DNA of 64,000 nt from Candidatus Delongbacteria bacterium (GTDB lineage: Bacteria; CAIWAD01): NCBI GenBank assembly GCA_963663545.1, contig OY760505.1:2080001-2144000 (forward strand), written 5' to 3'. The notes beneath the pieces were generated by a model. The model was not told where the DNA came from. It saw nothing but the letters and a program-made list of their open reading frames with translations, and searched no databases. Shown in pieces: positions 1-9,774 of the stretch; position 1 is the first letter of the stretch, and each line of letters begins with the position of its first letter. The translations under genes were made by a program, and so were the position numbers.

Positions 1-1
1 A

Positions 2-721
2 CAGGACGAAGAGACATGGTACGAGCTCGACAGTCTGACGCTGCGTCTGGCCTCTTTCAACATTGCTCAAGGTGAAACGGCTGCTTGGCAGCTGCGCATT
101 TATTCCGGTGATCCCGAAACTGCAGAGCCCCTGTTTACGCGCGACTACACCTACGAACCCAGTTTCTCCGGTGGCCTTTCCTCGGCGGATTGGGTGAGCG
201 TTGATCTAAGCACTGATCAGCTACGCATGCGTGGCAGCTACTTCCTGGGCGTATTTCCGCTGGAGCTTTCCAATCACGATACCGGCAACAATGCGCCCGT
301 ACCAAACGTGACCGTTGTGCGACGTACCTGGGAAGACCCCATGTCGGCCTTCTTCAGTGGTGGGTTCATGGAGCTGCTGCCCGATCACCAGTATGATTTC
401 CACTGCTTCGGTCATGAGTGGACAGACGATGTCGCTGTATCACCGGTACTACCGCGCTCGGCGGAGCTGAAGGCTTGTGTTCCCAATCCCTTCAACCCGA
501 CAACCAGCGTGCAGTTTGTCACACACTCTACGGGGCAGGTTCGTTTGATGGCCTATGATCTGCTTGGTCGTGAAGTCCAGCGCCTTGTGGATGCGCCCAT
601 GATGGCTGGATCGCATGATGTCGTGTTTGACGGCGGCGCACTGGCGAGTGGCGTTTACCTGCTGCGTCTTAGTGTTAACAACCACCTCTGTGATACACAG
701 AAGGTGCTATTGGTGAAATAG
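2..721 (+). CDS. Secreted protein with T9SS type-A/FlgD-Ig-like C-terminal sorting domain (5' partial)
   Basis: The frame is open from position 2 to the stop at 721. The C-terminus reads PNPFNPTTSVQF...YDLLGREV...G.H.V.FDG..LASGVYL.RL...KVLLVK, typical of FCB-group CTDs. Confidence 0.85.
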   Translation, partial: QDEETWYELDSLTLRLASFNIAQGETAAWQLRIYSGDPETAEPLFTRDYTYEPSFSGGLSSADWVSVDLSTDQLRMRGSYFLGVFPLELSNHDTGNNAPVPNVTVVRRTWEDPMSAFFSGGFMELLPDHQYDFHCFGHEWTDDVAVSPVLPRSAELKACVPNPFNPTTSVQFVTHSTGQVRLMAYDLLGREVQRLVDAPMMAGSHDVVFDGGALASGVYLLRLSVNNHLCDTQKVLLVK

Positions 722-742
722 ACTCTTTCGCATTTGTGATAC

Positions 743-773
743 AAAAAGCCCCCGTTTGATGCGGGGGCTTTTT
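743..773. terminator. Bidirectional intrinsic terminator
   Basis: AAAAAGCCCCCG-TTTGATG-CGGGGGCTTTTT lies between convergent genes. Confidence 0.85.
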
Positions 774-790
774 ATTGACTGCCAGTTCGC

Positions 791-1336
791 TCAAGCAAAG
801 ATCAGCCTGCAGATCCAAACAGCGGCCAGAACACCGGCGGCATCTGCCAGCAAACCCGCCAGCACAGCGTGGCGACTGCGCCGAATACCGACCGCGCCGA
901 AATAGACCGCCAGTACGTAGAAGGTCGTCTCTGTCGAACCGTACATGGTTGTGGCAATGCGACCGATCAGGGAATCTGGCCCGTGGGTTTGCACTAGCTC
1001 GGTTACCAGGCCCAGTGTGCCGGAGCCGGAAAGCGGGCGCATCAGTGCGCAGGGCAAAACTTCTGCTGGCATGCCGATCCTATCGGTTAACGGTGATACA
1101 AGAGCAGCGAACCAGTCCAGTGCGCCGGACGCGCGAAACATGCCGATGGCAACAAGAATGGCCACGAGATAGGGGATGATTCGAAGGGCGACATCAAACC
1201 CACCCTTGGCACCTTCGATGAACTCTTCGTATACGCGCACCTTCCGAGTGAGTGCGACCAGTGGGACAAGAGCAAGGAATGCTGGAACAAGCGATTGTGA
1301 TACAGCATCAATTGCCGGCTTTAGCAGATCAATCAC
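791..1336 (-). CDS. spmB: SpmB-family (nucleoside-recognition Gate domain) membrane protein
   Basis: Motifs VYEEFIEGAKGGF, MRPLSGSG and GSTETTFYVLAVYFGAVGI. Overlaps the spmA stop. Confidence 0.85.
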   Translation of the reverse strand: MIDLLKPAIDAVSQSLVPAFLALVPLVALTRKVRVYEEFIEGAKGGFDVALRIIPYLVAILVAIGMFRASGALDWFAALVSPLTDRIGMPAEVLPCALMRPLSGSGTLGLVTELVQTHGPDSLIGRIATTMYGSTETTFYVLAVYFGAVGIRRSRHAVLAGLLADAAGVLAAVWICRLIFA

Positions 1337-1941
1337 GCTTCACCCCCTTGCTTGTCGGCTTTGTGCGGGAAGAAGCGGCGCAGCGTGCGTGCCGCAACAA
1401 TGGCTACTACCGTGGCGCAGCCAGAGGCAAAAAGGGTTGTGCCGATGATCTCGGCAGGGTTTGCGCTACCAGCACCGGCCCGCACAGCAATGATGGTCGA
1501 GGGTACAATGGTGATACTTGCTGTGTTGATGGCTAGAAAAGTGACCTGACTATCACTGGCTGTATCACGGCTCGTGTTGAGCTCTTGAAGCTGTTCCATC
1601 GCTTTCAAGCCCAGTGGTGTAGCTGCATTTCCCAGACCGAGCCAGCTTGCACTGATGTTCAGTAGCATCGAGCCGATTACCGGATGTCCTTTAGGGATCT
1701 CGGGAAAGAACAGGCGAAACACCGGCGACAGCATCCAGGCTAGAAAACGTATCACACCGGCTTTCTCGGCTACACGCATTACGCCCAGCCAGAGGCTCAT
1801 GACGCCAACCAGGCTCAGAGCAATTGTGACGGCGGCCTCCGCCATATCAAAGGCGGCCTTGGTGACTTCGTCCAGCCTGCCTGTACACATGCCGGTAATA
1901 ACCGACACGACCATCAGGCCGATCCAGATGTAGTTGAGCAT
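1333..1941 (-). CDS. spmA: SpmA-family (Gate domain) membrane protein
   Basis: Starts MLNYIW and contains the motif LGLGNAATPLGLKAM..LQELN. Confidence 0.85.
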   Translation of the reverse strand: MLNYIWIGLMVVSVITGMCTGRLDEVTKAAFDMAEAAVTIALSLVGVMSLWLGVMRVAEKAGVIRFLAWMLSPVFRLFFPEIPKGHPVIGSMLLNISASWLGLGNAATPLGLKAMEQLQELNTSRDTASDSQVTFLAINTASITIVPSTIIAVRAGAGSANPAEIIGTTLFASGCATVVAIVAARTLRRFFPHKADKQGGEA

Positions 1942-1950
1942 GCGTCTTCC

Positions 1951-3180
1951 TCAGGAATGTCTGCGCTTGCGAATGTCGATATCGAGTTCGTGCAACTCGC
2001 CAATGCGGTCCAACAACTGCTGTTCAATCAATCCGGCCTGTGTGTCACGCTCTTCGGGTGACACAACCGGATCAAACAGTAGCGTCAGGCGAGCCGCGTT
2101 ACGGTTGTGCCTTTGTGATACGTGCAGATCAAAGGCCGCCACACTGCTGCCTGCTCCCAGAAGGACTTCCAGCTCCTGCTGAATACGGGCGCGAATCGGG
2201 TCGTCATAGTTCACCGGGTCGACGTGCACTGTCACTTGCGCTGCGCACTCGCGGCTGATTTTTGCACGCACTTTCTCGGCAATCTCGTGTGCTTCGATCA
2301 AACTCAGGTCGTAGGCCACTTCAATATCCAGGCTGATGAAGCGGCTTAAGCCGTACTCATGAACCAGGATTTCGTGTACGTTGGCAGCGCCGGGCACTTG
2401 TAATACAATTCCCGTCAGCTTCTCAATCTGTTCCGGTTCCGGGCTGCGCCCGAGGAGCTCGTCAAAGGTCTCACGCGCAATACCAAAGCCCGTCCAGACC
2501 ACCATTGCGGAAACAATCAGCCCGGCGATTCCGTCGACGTGCGGCACATGCCACAACTGCAGTAGAAGCGCGAGGATCACGACGCCGGTGGAAAGCGCAT
2601 CCAGACGATGGTGCCATGCGTCAGCTTTCAGTGATCCCGAACTAAGGAACACACCAAGTTGCTCCGAGAAGCGCGCCAGCCATTCTTTGATGAGCAGTGT
2701 CAGTAGCAGCAGGCCCAGGATCGGCCAACTGAAGAGCACAGGTTCGGGAGTGATCAGTCGTGTGACGGCACTCCGTCCAAGCTCTACACCGGCCAGAATC
2801 AACAGGATGGCAATAACCAGCGTCGAGACCGCTTCCGCGCGACCATGACCGAAGGGGTGTTCGCGATCGGCCGCTTGTTGGCTGAGGTGGAAGCCCGCGA
2901 TGACCACAATGCTGGTCAGGCAATCGCTAAGGCTGTGCACAGCGTCCGAAAGAATCGCCAGACTACCCGTGTAGAGTCCTGCCAGCAGCTTAATCAAAGC
3001 CAGGGCTGAATTGACGACAATGGAAAGCCATCCTTCGGTGCTTCCCAGGCGCGTTCGTAGCTCGGTTTCCTGCAGGCCGCGCCAGCGATTCAGCAGGCGT
3101 TGAATCAACCAGGCATTTGGCCCTTGTGACGGCAACGTTTCTCTCTTCATACAGAGCAAGATAGGAATCTGAGTTGCCAT
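1951..3180 (-). CDS. Cation diffusion facilitator (FieF/CzcD-like) transporter
   Basis: SDAVHSLSD, D.EHPFGHGRAE and ADAWHHRLD motifs plus a C-terminal ZT-dimer region. The start could instead be 3150. Confidence 0.9.
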   Translation of the reverse strand: MATQIPILLCMKRETLPSQGPNAWLIQRLLNRWRGLQETELRTRLGSTEGWLSIVVNSALALIKLLAGLYTGSLAILSDAVHSLSDCLTSIVVIAGFHLSQQAADREHPFGHGRAEAVSTLVIAILLILAGVELGRSAVTRLITPEPVLFSWPILGLLLLTLLIKEWLARFSEQLGVFLSSGSLKADAWHHRLDALSTGVVILALLLQLWHVPHVDGIAGLIVSAMVVWTGFGIARETFDELLGRSPEPEQIEKLTGIVLQVPGAANVHEILVHEYGLSRFISLDIEVAYDLSLIEAHEIAEKVRAKISRECAAQVTVHVDPVNYDDPIRARIQQELEVLLGAGSSVAAFDLHVSQRHNRNAARLTLLFDPVVSPEERDTQAGLIEQQLLDRIGELHELDIDIRKRRHS

Positions 3181-3511
3181 TAGCCGGGGCTTAACACCGT
3201 CCCCCGGAATGCGACAGGGCCTTAAAATAACAGTAGGTTATAACTTGTTCGTGATACATGAATAACACAGTGCTTTGTGCAGAAATAACAATCGGCCGTC
3301 AGATATTGAACAATTTTCAAACCGAGGGATTGTCGCTTGTTTTTGCAAAACAAAGAGATAGTCTGTGGCATGATTTGTGCGCCGCTTTGCGCCATTAGCA
3401 AAGTCGAATGGTACTCGCGACGTAGGTCGCAGCACGGCGAGATCCCTCGGGGATAAGCCGTCTCCCCTCAGAAGTGTCGAGTAGGCAGCTTGAAACTTCA
3501 ATCGACTCAGT

Positions 3512-3539
3512 AGCCCGCCTGTCGGCGGGCTTCTTGTTT
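3512..3539 (+). terminator. Terminator-like hairpin upstream of pepN
   Basis: AGCCCGCC-TGTC-GGCGGGCT followed by TCTTGTTT. Confidence 0.6.
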
Positions 3540-3626
3540 GAAAGCTGTATGTGGTTGCGTGAAAGCCCGCCTTGATGCAACTTATGTCATGACTCCAACC
3601 AATCCCAATACCTCTTCAACTACCGA

Positions 3627-6272
3627 GTGACCATGACAACTTTTCTGGAGCAGTACACCCCTTCTCCTTGGCAGATTGACCATGTGAATCTTCACGTCAA
3701 CCTGTTTCAGGATCACGCGCTCATTCGCAGCAAACTCTCCCTGCGACAGAATGAGCAATCCCCGGTACCCGGCGGCAAGTTGCGCCTCAATGGCGAGAAT
3801 CAGCAGCTGATCGAGTTGTTGGTGGACGGCATTAAACTCACGCCTGAGCGCTTTCATCTGGAAGACGAGGTGCTGACCATTGCCGGATTGCCTGCCGAGT
3901 GCGAATTGGAAATCGTAACACGCAGCGAGCCACAAAACAACCGCGAGCTCTCTGGCTTGTATCGCTCAGGAAGCATGTACTGCACACAGTGCGAGGCGGA
4001 AGGCTTCCGGCGTATCACGTTCTTCCTGGATCGACCCGATGTGATGGCACGCTATACGACTACGATCGAGGCCGATGAACAAGCCTGTCCGGTGCTGCTT
4101 TCCAACGGCAATTTGGTGCGTCAGGAAAAGCTCCCCGGCGGACGGCACGTAGCCGTGTGGGAAGACCCTTTCCGCAAGCCCTGCTATCTATTCGCTCTCG
4201 TGGCCGGTAAGCTGTCACACATTGAGGATCATCATACTACTTCGAGCGGTCGTTGTGTCACGCTGCGCATCTACACCGAAGCGCACAATGCGCACCGTTG
4301 TGATTTTGCCATGACCTCGCTCAAGCAGGCGATGCGCTGGGACGAAGAGACCTTTGGTCGCGAGTATGACCTGGATCTGTTCAACATCGTCGCTGTGGAT
4401 GATTTCAATATGGGCGCGATGGAGAACAAGGGGCTGAACATCTTCAACTCCACCGCCGTATTGGCTCGTCCGGATTGCACGACCGACGAGAATTTCGCTC
4501 GCATCAATTCTGTTGTGGCGCACGAGTACTTCCACAACTGGTCTGGCAACCGTGTCACATGTCGCGACTGGTTCCAGCTGACGTTAAAGGAAGGGTTGAC
4601 CGTGCTACGTGAGCAACTCTTCTCGGCTGACATGTACAACGAGGGCGTGATACGCATGCGCGAAGTGGACTACATGCGCAGCGTGCAGTTCCCAGAGGAC
4701 GCAGGCCCGACCTCGCATCCCATTCAGCCGCGCAGCTATTTGAAGATCGACAACTTCTACACCCCGACTGTCTATGAAAAAGGCGCCGAGGTGATACGAA
4801 TGATCCGCACACTGTTGGGCACTGAGGCCTTTCGCAAGGGAATGGACCTCTACTTCAGCCGCCATGATGGTACGGCCGCTACCACAGAAGATTTTGTGCG
4901 CGCGATGGAAGACGCCAGTGGCCGTGATCTCAAGCAGTTCCGGCGTTGGTATCAGCAGGCGGGAACGCCCACCGTTACCATCAGTGAGGACTGGAACTGC
5001 AAGTCTGGCGAATACAGCGTACACGTCAAGCAGGAGCAACCCGAACGCGATGATTATCCCTCGCCCGGTCCGCTCCACATTCCGCTGGCCATCGGCCTGT
5101 TGGATGCAGATGGAAACGAGCTGCCTTGTCGTCTCACGGGCGACGAGGAAATGCCTGTAGGAACTCGTGTGTTGGAGCTGCGAGACGAAGAGCAGACCTT
5201 TACTTTCGCCGGACTGCCGCAGCGTCCTGTGCTTTCACCCTTGCGTGCTTTCAGCGCACCCGTGATTCTGCAGCATGATTGCCCGATGGAGGAGCTGGCC
5301 TTCCGCTTCGCCAACGACAACGATCAGTGCGCGCGATGGGATGCAGGCAATCAACTAATGCTGCGTGCAGTGCTGGCCGCCATCCGTGAGCACCAGCAAG
5401 GACACGAACTGCGAGCGGATACTCTGCTTGTCGAAACCTATGGCAGAACGCTGGCACAGGCCTTCGATGATCCCTTTTTCTATGCCGAGGCACTGCGTAT
5501 GCCGACGTACGCGGTCATCGGTCAACACTTGAATACGATAGATGTCCAGGCGATCAACGCTGTGCTGCGTTTTTACGGCAGCGTGTTTGCCGATGCCCAC
5601 CGTGATACATTGCTAGAACTGGTGGATCGTTGCCGCAAGCTGGAATTGCAGGACAATCTTGCAGAGCAGCACAATGCTCACGCGATGGGCCTACGAAGCC
5701 TTCGTAATGGCTGCCTGACCATGCTGATGGAGACACCCAGCGCGGAATACCAGCGCATGTGTTACAAGCTCTTTGCTGACAGTGCGAACATGACTGATGC
5801 ACAGGCAGCGCTTTCTGTGCTGAATCACGTTTCTTGCGAGGAGCGCGAACAGGCCTTCCAGGAATTCGACGAGCGGTGGCGCAAGGACAATCTGGTCATG
5901 AACTCATGGTTCCGTCTGCAGGCGTTCTCGCGGCTGGAGAATACTCTGGATCGGGTGGACAAGCTGCGCGAGCATCCCGCCTACGACGAACACAACCCGA
6001 ACAAAGTGCGTGCCCTGGTGGCCGGTTTCTCGACCAACCACGTGCGCTTTCATGCCGCCGACGGCAGCGGTTACCGCTTCCTGACCGAGCGTGTTCTAGA
6101 GGCTGACCAGTTCAATGCACAGCTAGGGAGCCAATTGGTGCGTCCGCTGGCACGCTGGCGCCGCTATGGTGAGACACAGGGCAGTTTGATGCGGCAGCAG
6201 TTGGAGCGCATCAAGGCAAGTGTGCGTCTGTCGGATAATGTTCGCGAGATTGTAACACGCGCGCTGCGCTAA
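3627..6272 (+). CDS. pepN: Aminopeptidase N (M1 family)
   Basis: TQCEAEGFRRIT, GAMENKGLNIFN, HEYFHNW and YEKGAEV motifs, with a C-terminal NPNKVRAL domain. The start is 3627 (GTG) or 3633 (ATG). Confidence 0.97.
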   Translation: MTMTTFLEQYTPSPWQIDHVNLHVNLFQDHALIRSKLSLRQNEQSPVPGGKLRLNGENQQLIELLVDGIKLTPERFHLEDEVLTIAGLPAECELEIVTRSEPQNNRELSGLYRSGSMYCTQCEAEGFRRITFFLDRPDVMARYTTTIEADEQACPVLLSNGNLVRQEKLPGGRHVAVWEDPFRKPCYLFALVAGKLSHIEDHHTTSSGRCVTLRIYTEAHNAHRCDFAMTSLKQAMRWDEETFGREYDLDLFNIVAVDDFNMGAMENKGLNIFNSTAVLARPDCTTDENFARINSVVAHEYFHNWSGNRVTCRDWFQLTLKEGLTVLREQLFSADMYNEGVIRMREVDYMRSVQFPEDAGPTSHPIQPRSYLKIDNFYTPTVYEKGAEVIRMIRTLLGTEAFRKGMDLYFSRHDGTAATTEDFVRAMEDASGRDLKQFRRWYQQAGTPTVTISEDWNCKSGEYSVHVKQEQPERDDYPSPGPLHIPLAIGLLDADGNELPCRLTGDEEMPVGTRVLELRDEEQTFTFAGLPQRPVLSPLRAFSAPVILQHDCPMEELAFRFANDNDQCARWDAGNQLMLRAVLAAIREHQQGHELRADTLLVETYGRTLAQAFDDPFFYAEALRMPTYAVIGQHLNTIDVQAINAVLRFYGSVFADAHRDTLLELVDRCRKLELQDNLAEQHNAHAMGLRSLRNGCLTMLMETPSAEYQRMCYKLFADSANMTDAQAALSVLNHVSCEEREQAFQEFDERWRKDNLVMNSWFRLQAFSRLENTLDRVDKLREHPAYDEHNPNKVRALVAGFSTNHVRFHAADGSGYRFLTERVLEADQFNAQLGSQLVRPLARWRRYGETQGSLMRQQLERIKASVRLSDNVREIVTRALR

Positions 6273-6292
6273 AGGATCGCTCGAGTGTTTAC

Positions 6293-6317
6293 AGCCCCCG
6301 CTGGTCGGGGGCTTTTT
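6293..6317 (+). terminator. Intrinsic terminator after pepN
   Basis: AGCCCCCG-CTGGT-CGGGGGCT-TTTT. Confidence 0.8.
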
Positions 6318-6381
6318 AACTCTTTGGATGTGGGCCTCTGCTGCGCCATTGGTAAACTGCTGTGTGGCAAAAGGAGTCGAC

Positions 6382-6864
6382 ATGAGTGACAGCAGACCCA
6401 GTTGGGACGACTACTTCCTCGGCCTCGTGCACGAAGTCTCCAAACGCGCGACTTGTGATCGCGGCAAGAGTGGTTGTCTGATTGTCCGAGACAAGCGAAT
6501 CATCTGCACGGGCTACGTCGGTTCGCCGCCGGGAATGCCGCATTGCGACGAAGTGGGACATAATCTCAAACGCGTTCTAAACGAAGACGGAAGCATCAGT
6601 CAGCACTGTGTACGGACAATTCATGCCGAACAAAACGCCATCTGTCAGGCGGCCCGCTATGGAGTGCCGCTGGATGGCGCCACGCTGTACTGCACCATGG
6701 AACCCTGTCGTGTTTGCGCAATGATGATAATCAGCGTTGGTATCACGCGTGTTGTTGCTCAGCGCAGGTATCACGCCGCCCAGGAGACTCGCGAGATGTT
6801 TGAACTGGCCGGCATTGAGCTGATAGTAGCCGAAGACCGACTTCAGGAGTATGATCAGCAGTGA
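6382..6864 (+). CDS. dCMP/cytidine deaminase family protein (ComEB-like)
   Basis: RPSWDDYF, HAEQNAI and PCRVC zinc motifs. An AAGGAG RBS precedes ATG 6382. Confidence 0.92.
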   Translation: MSDSRPSWDDYFLGLVHEVSKRATCDRGKSGCLIVRDKRIICTGYVGSPPGMPHCDEVGHNLKRVLNEDGSISQHCVRTIHAEQNAICQAARYGVPLDGATLYCTMEPCRVCAMMIISVGITRVVAQRRYHAAQETREMFELAGIELIVAEDRLQEYDQQ

Positions 6865-7565
6865 GTGGAGCTCCCGACGGCCTGTTTCCTACAATGCGTT
6901 GCATTGGCTGCCGAATGATGCCGGGACTTTGCGTGTGCAACGTCATTCCACGCAGTGATACAAGAACGCGCGTCGTCGTTGTGATGCATCAGGTAGAGAG
7001 CATGCGTAATACAAATTCGGGACGCCTGGTTCCGGTGGCGCTTCGCAAAGGCGAAATTCGCTTGTGGGGCTTGCGCGAGCATGCTTTTGATGAAAGCGGT
7101 CTTTGCGATTCTGCGCGGAGGACAATGGTGCTGTTTCCCAGTGCCAAGGCTGAGGTCCTGACTCCAAATCTCATTGCCCGTGATACAAGACCAGTTACCT
7201 TGGTCGTGCCGGACGGAACCTGGAACCATGCACGGCGCATTCCTGCGCGGATCCCCTCGCTGCAAAATGCAGAGCATGTACGGTTACCCTTTGCTGGCGA
7301 AAGCACATATCAACTTCGCACGGAGAGCGCGCCGGATCGCCTGGCCACTTTCGAGGCCATTGCCAGGGCGATGGGCATTCTAGAAGGGCCCCTTGTTCGC
7401 GAACGCATGGAAGAGCTGTTTCGCGTGATGGTTGATCGATTGTTGTACATCAGCGGCAAGAAGCCGCGTGAGGACGTTTTTGGGGGGATACCGCTGCCAC
7501 CGGGGAGACGCGTGCAGAAACGCCTAGCACGCAAGAGCACGGTGCGGTCAGGAGAGGTGGAATGA
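6861..7565 (+). CDS. DTW-domain tRNA-uridine aminocarboxypropyltransferase (TapT/YfiP-like)
   Basis: N-terminal CxxC...CxC, plus TNSG, LFP, PDGTW and LATFEA motifs. Confidence 0.88.
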   Translation: MSGAPDGLFPTMRCIGCRMMPGLCVCNVIPRSDTRTRVVVVMHQVESMRNTNSGRLVPVALRKGEIRLWGLREHAFDESGLCDSARRTMVLFPSAKAEVLTPNLIARDTRPVTLVVPDGTWNHARRIPARIPSLQNAEHVRLPFAGESTYQLRTESAPDRLATFEAIARAMGILEGPLVRERMEELFRVMVDRLLYISGKKPREDVFGGIPLPPGRRVQKRLARKSTVRSGEVE

Positions 7566-9094
7566 AGTCTGTATCACAAGCAATTGCACTTGGTGTGGCA
7601 AGCCTGATGCTTGCTGGTTGTCTGGGGTTGCAAACCCGGGATGGTGAGGCTCCAGCCGTTGCATCGGCGCGTTTCTATTTCACGCAGTCCGGCGACAGCC
7701 TGCGACTGGATGCGCTACAGTACTTGATAGAAAACATGGCGTACCACGGCTTTGTCGAGTTTGAGCTGGTGGACAGCCTGGATCACGTCGTGAATGTGGA
7801 TGTGTTGTCCCGACCGGATCTCACTTCACTTCGGGCACACATTGATTCCCTTGAACAGAACCTGGGCGAGCTGCGCTACAAGCGGCGTAATTATGTCGCC
7901 GATGAGGAGGCCGTTACAGCGGCTTTCTTGATTGACAACATAGAACTGGCTTTCGAAGCCTGGCAACTCCCGTGGGCCAGACATTTGAGCTACGAGCAGT
8001 TCCGCGACTTTGTCCTTCCCTACCGGGGATCCAATGAACCGTTGGAAGACTGGCGCAAGCCCTTGTACGATCGCTACCGTCACGTTGGTGATACAATGCA
8101 GGATCCTTCAGATCCGATTCAGGTTGCGGCACGCGTAAACGCCGATCTGCGTGGCTGGTTCGGCTTTGACGAGCGTTTCTATCTACACCCCACCGACCAG
8201 GGCTACTCACAAATGTGTGACACACGTCTAGGTCGTTGTGAGGATATGACCAACTTGACGATTTTCGCCATGCGCGCTGTCGGGTTGGCTGTAACCAGCG
8301 ACTATACGCCCTATTGGGCCGATTGCTCAAACAATCACGCATGGAACGCAATTCTGGGCAAGGATGGACAAGCCATACCTTTCATGGGCTGTGAAGCTGA
8401 TCCGGGAAAGTACGAGCTCGGACATCGCCTGGCAAAAGTGTATCGCCACACCTTTTCCGAGCAGCTGGCGTGTCACGCAGCCCTTCTAAGCGAAGGGGAG
8501 CAAGCACCTCGTTGGTTGAGTGGACGCAATTATATTGATGTAACACGAGACTACATTGCAGTCAATAACGTGCGCATTACTCCCATGATCGAAGCTCCCA
8601 CGAAGAACTCCCGCTTCTTGTATCTCTGCGTCTTCAATGATGGTGATTGGCGAGCCATTCACTGGGCAAAACTGGAGAATGGCTCAGCGGTTTTTGAGGA
8701 TATGGGACGTAATGTCTGCTATCTACCGGCCTGGTATCACGAAGGGGAGCTGTATCCAGCCTGCGCGCCTTTCATCCTGGATCAGCAAGGTGATACACAC
8801 GACCTCTTCGGCAAGGGAATTCCCATGAGCTTTATGGCGCGTTCAACAACACGTGACCATTTCGAACAGGCCACGGTGAACAATACAGTGCACAAACTGG
8901 AATCTGGTTGCCGTTATGAGCTGTTTCAGTGGCGTGATACAAACTGGGCTTCGCTTGGTGAGCAAACGGTAGGCGAGGAGGCACTGGAATTCAGTCGTTG
9001 TCCGCAAGATGCCCTGTACTGGCTTGTTGAAGTGGACGGAAGGAAACAAGAGCGCATCTTCACACTGAAGGATCACGAACAAGTCTGGTGGTAG
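7562..9094 (+). CDS. Transglutaminase-like domain lipoprotein
   Basis: Lipobox LAGC, LPYR..NEP, and the GRCED and HAWN catalytic-type motifs. Confidence 0.75.
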   Translation: MKSVSQAIALGVASLMLAGCLGLQTRDGEAPAVASARFYFTQSGDSLRLDALQYLIENMAYHGFVEFELVDSLDHVVNVDVLSRPDLTSLRAHIDSLEQNLGELRYKRRNYVADEEAVTAAFLIDNIELAFEAWQLPWARHLSYEQFRDFVLPYRGSNEPLEDWRKPLYDRYRHVGDTMQDPSDPIQVAARVNADLRGWFGFDERFYLHPTDQGYSQMCDTRLGRCEDMTNLTIFAMRAVGLAVTSDYTPYWADCSNNHAWNAILGKDGQAIPFMGCEADPGKYELGHRLAKVYRHTFSEQLACHAALLSEGEQAPRWLSGRNYIDVTRDYIAVNNVRITPMIEAPTKNSRFLYLCVFNDGDWRAIHWAKLENGSAVFEDMGRNVCYLPAWYHEGELYPACAPFILDQQGDTHDLFGKGIPMSFMARSTTRDHFEQATVNNTVHKLESGCRYELFQWRDTNWASLGEQTVGEEALEFSRCPQDALYWLVEVDGRKQERIFTLKDHEQVWW

Positions 9095-9102
9095 GAGACA
9101 GG

Positions 9103-9774
9103 ATGAAGAAACACATCTGGGTTGTCGTTGTGATACTGCTCGCGAGTCTTTCCGTGCAGGCGGCGCAACGCATTCATCGCTTCCCGCGACCTCAAATGGA
9201 AGGCGGTATGCCGCTTTACGAAGCGTTGAGCAAGCGAGCCAGTGAACGTGAGTTTCACACTACGCCTATTCCAGACCGCGTTCTGGGAAACCTGCTCTGG
9301 GCCGCGTTTGGTGTAAATCGAAAAGAAGACGGCAAGCGTACTGCGCCCAGCACGCGCAACTGGCAAGCGATCGACATTTACATCTGCACCGCACAGGGCT
9401 TCTTTCGCTATGAGCCAGCCGCGCACGGGATGATCAAACTTGGTGATACAGACTTGCGCGCCGAGACAGGAACGCAGAATTTTGCGGGCAAGGCGCCGGT
9501 GAATCTCGTCTACGTTGCCGATACGCGCAGAATGAAAACCCTGGGTGGCCTGAGCGACCAAGAGAAGACCTTCTACGGTGCAGCCGATACGGGCTTCATT
9601 GCTCAGAACGTCTATCTCTTTTGCGCCAGTGAAGGGCTCAATACGGTAGTACGCGCATCCGTCGACCGTAAGGATCTCGCAGAATTGCTTGGCTTGGAAG
9701 AGGGACAGGAAATCACCCTGTGTCAGACAATTGGATATCCCCCCACAGTGGGAGAAGAAGGGAGCGAGCGCTAA
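9103..9774 (+). CDS. SagB/ThcOx-family nitroreductase with signal peptide
   Basis: R.S.REF, LLWAAFGVNR, RTAPS and QNVYLFCASEGL motifs. An AGGAG RBS is present. Confidence 0.88.
   Translation: MKKHIWVVVVILLASLSVQAAQRIHRFPRPQMEGGMPLYEALSKRASEREFHTTPIPDRVLGNLLWAAFGVNRKEDGKRTAPSTRNWQAIDIYICTAQGFFRYEPAAHGMIKLGDTDLRAETGTQNFAGKAPVNLVYVADTRRMKTLGGLSDQEKTFYGAADTGFIAQNVYLFCASEGLNTVVRASVDRKDLAELLGLEEGQEITLCQTIGYPPTVGEEGSER

Noticed and set aside
791..1941. spmA/spmB as evidence of sporulation
   Set aside because: This Gate-domain pair is widespread in non-sporulating bacteria, and no other sporulation genes are present.
3400..3500. NiCo (czcD) or c-di-GMP-I riboswitch next to the CDF gene
   Set aside because: The conserved nucleotides I recall for these families were not found on either strand. 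The region is retained only as an unassigned structured candidate.
743..6317. Shared GCCCCCG/CGGGGGC stems at 748 and 6294 as a repeat family
   Set aside because: These are generic terminator stems with different loops, and there are only two copies.
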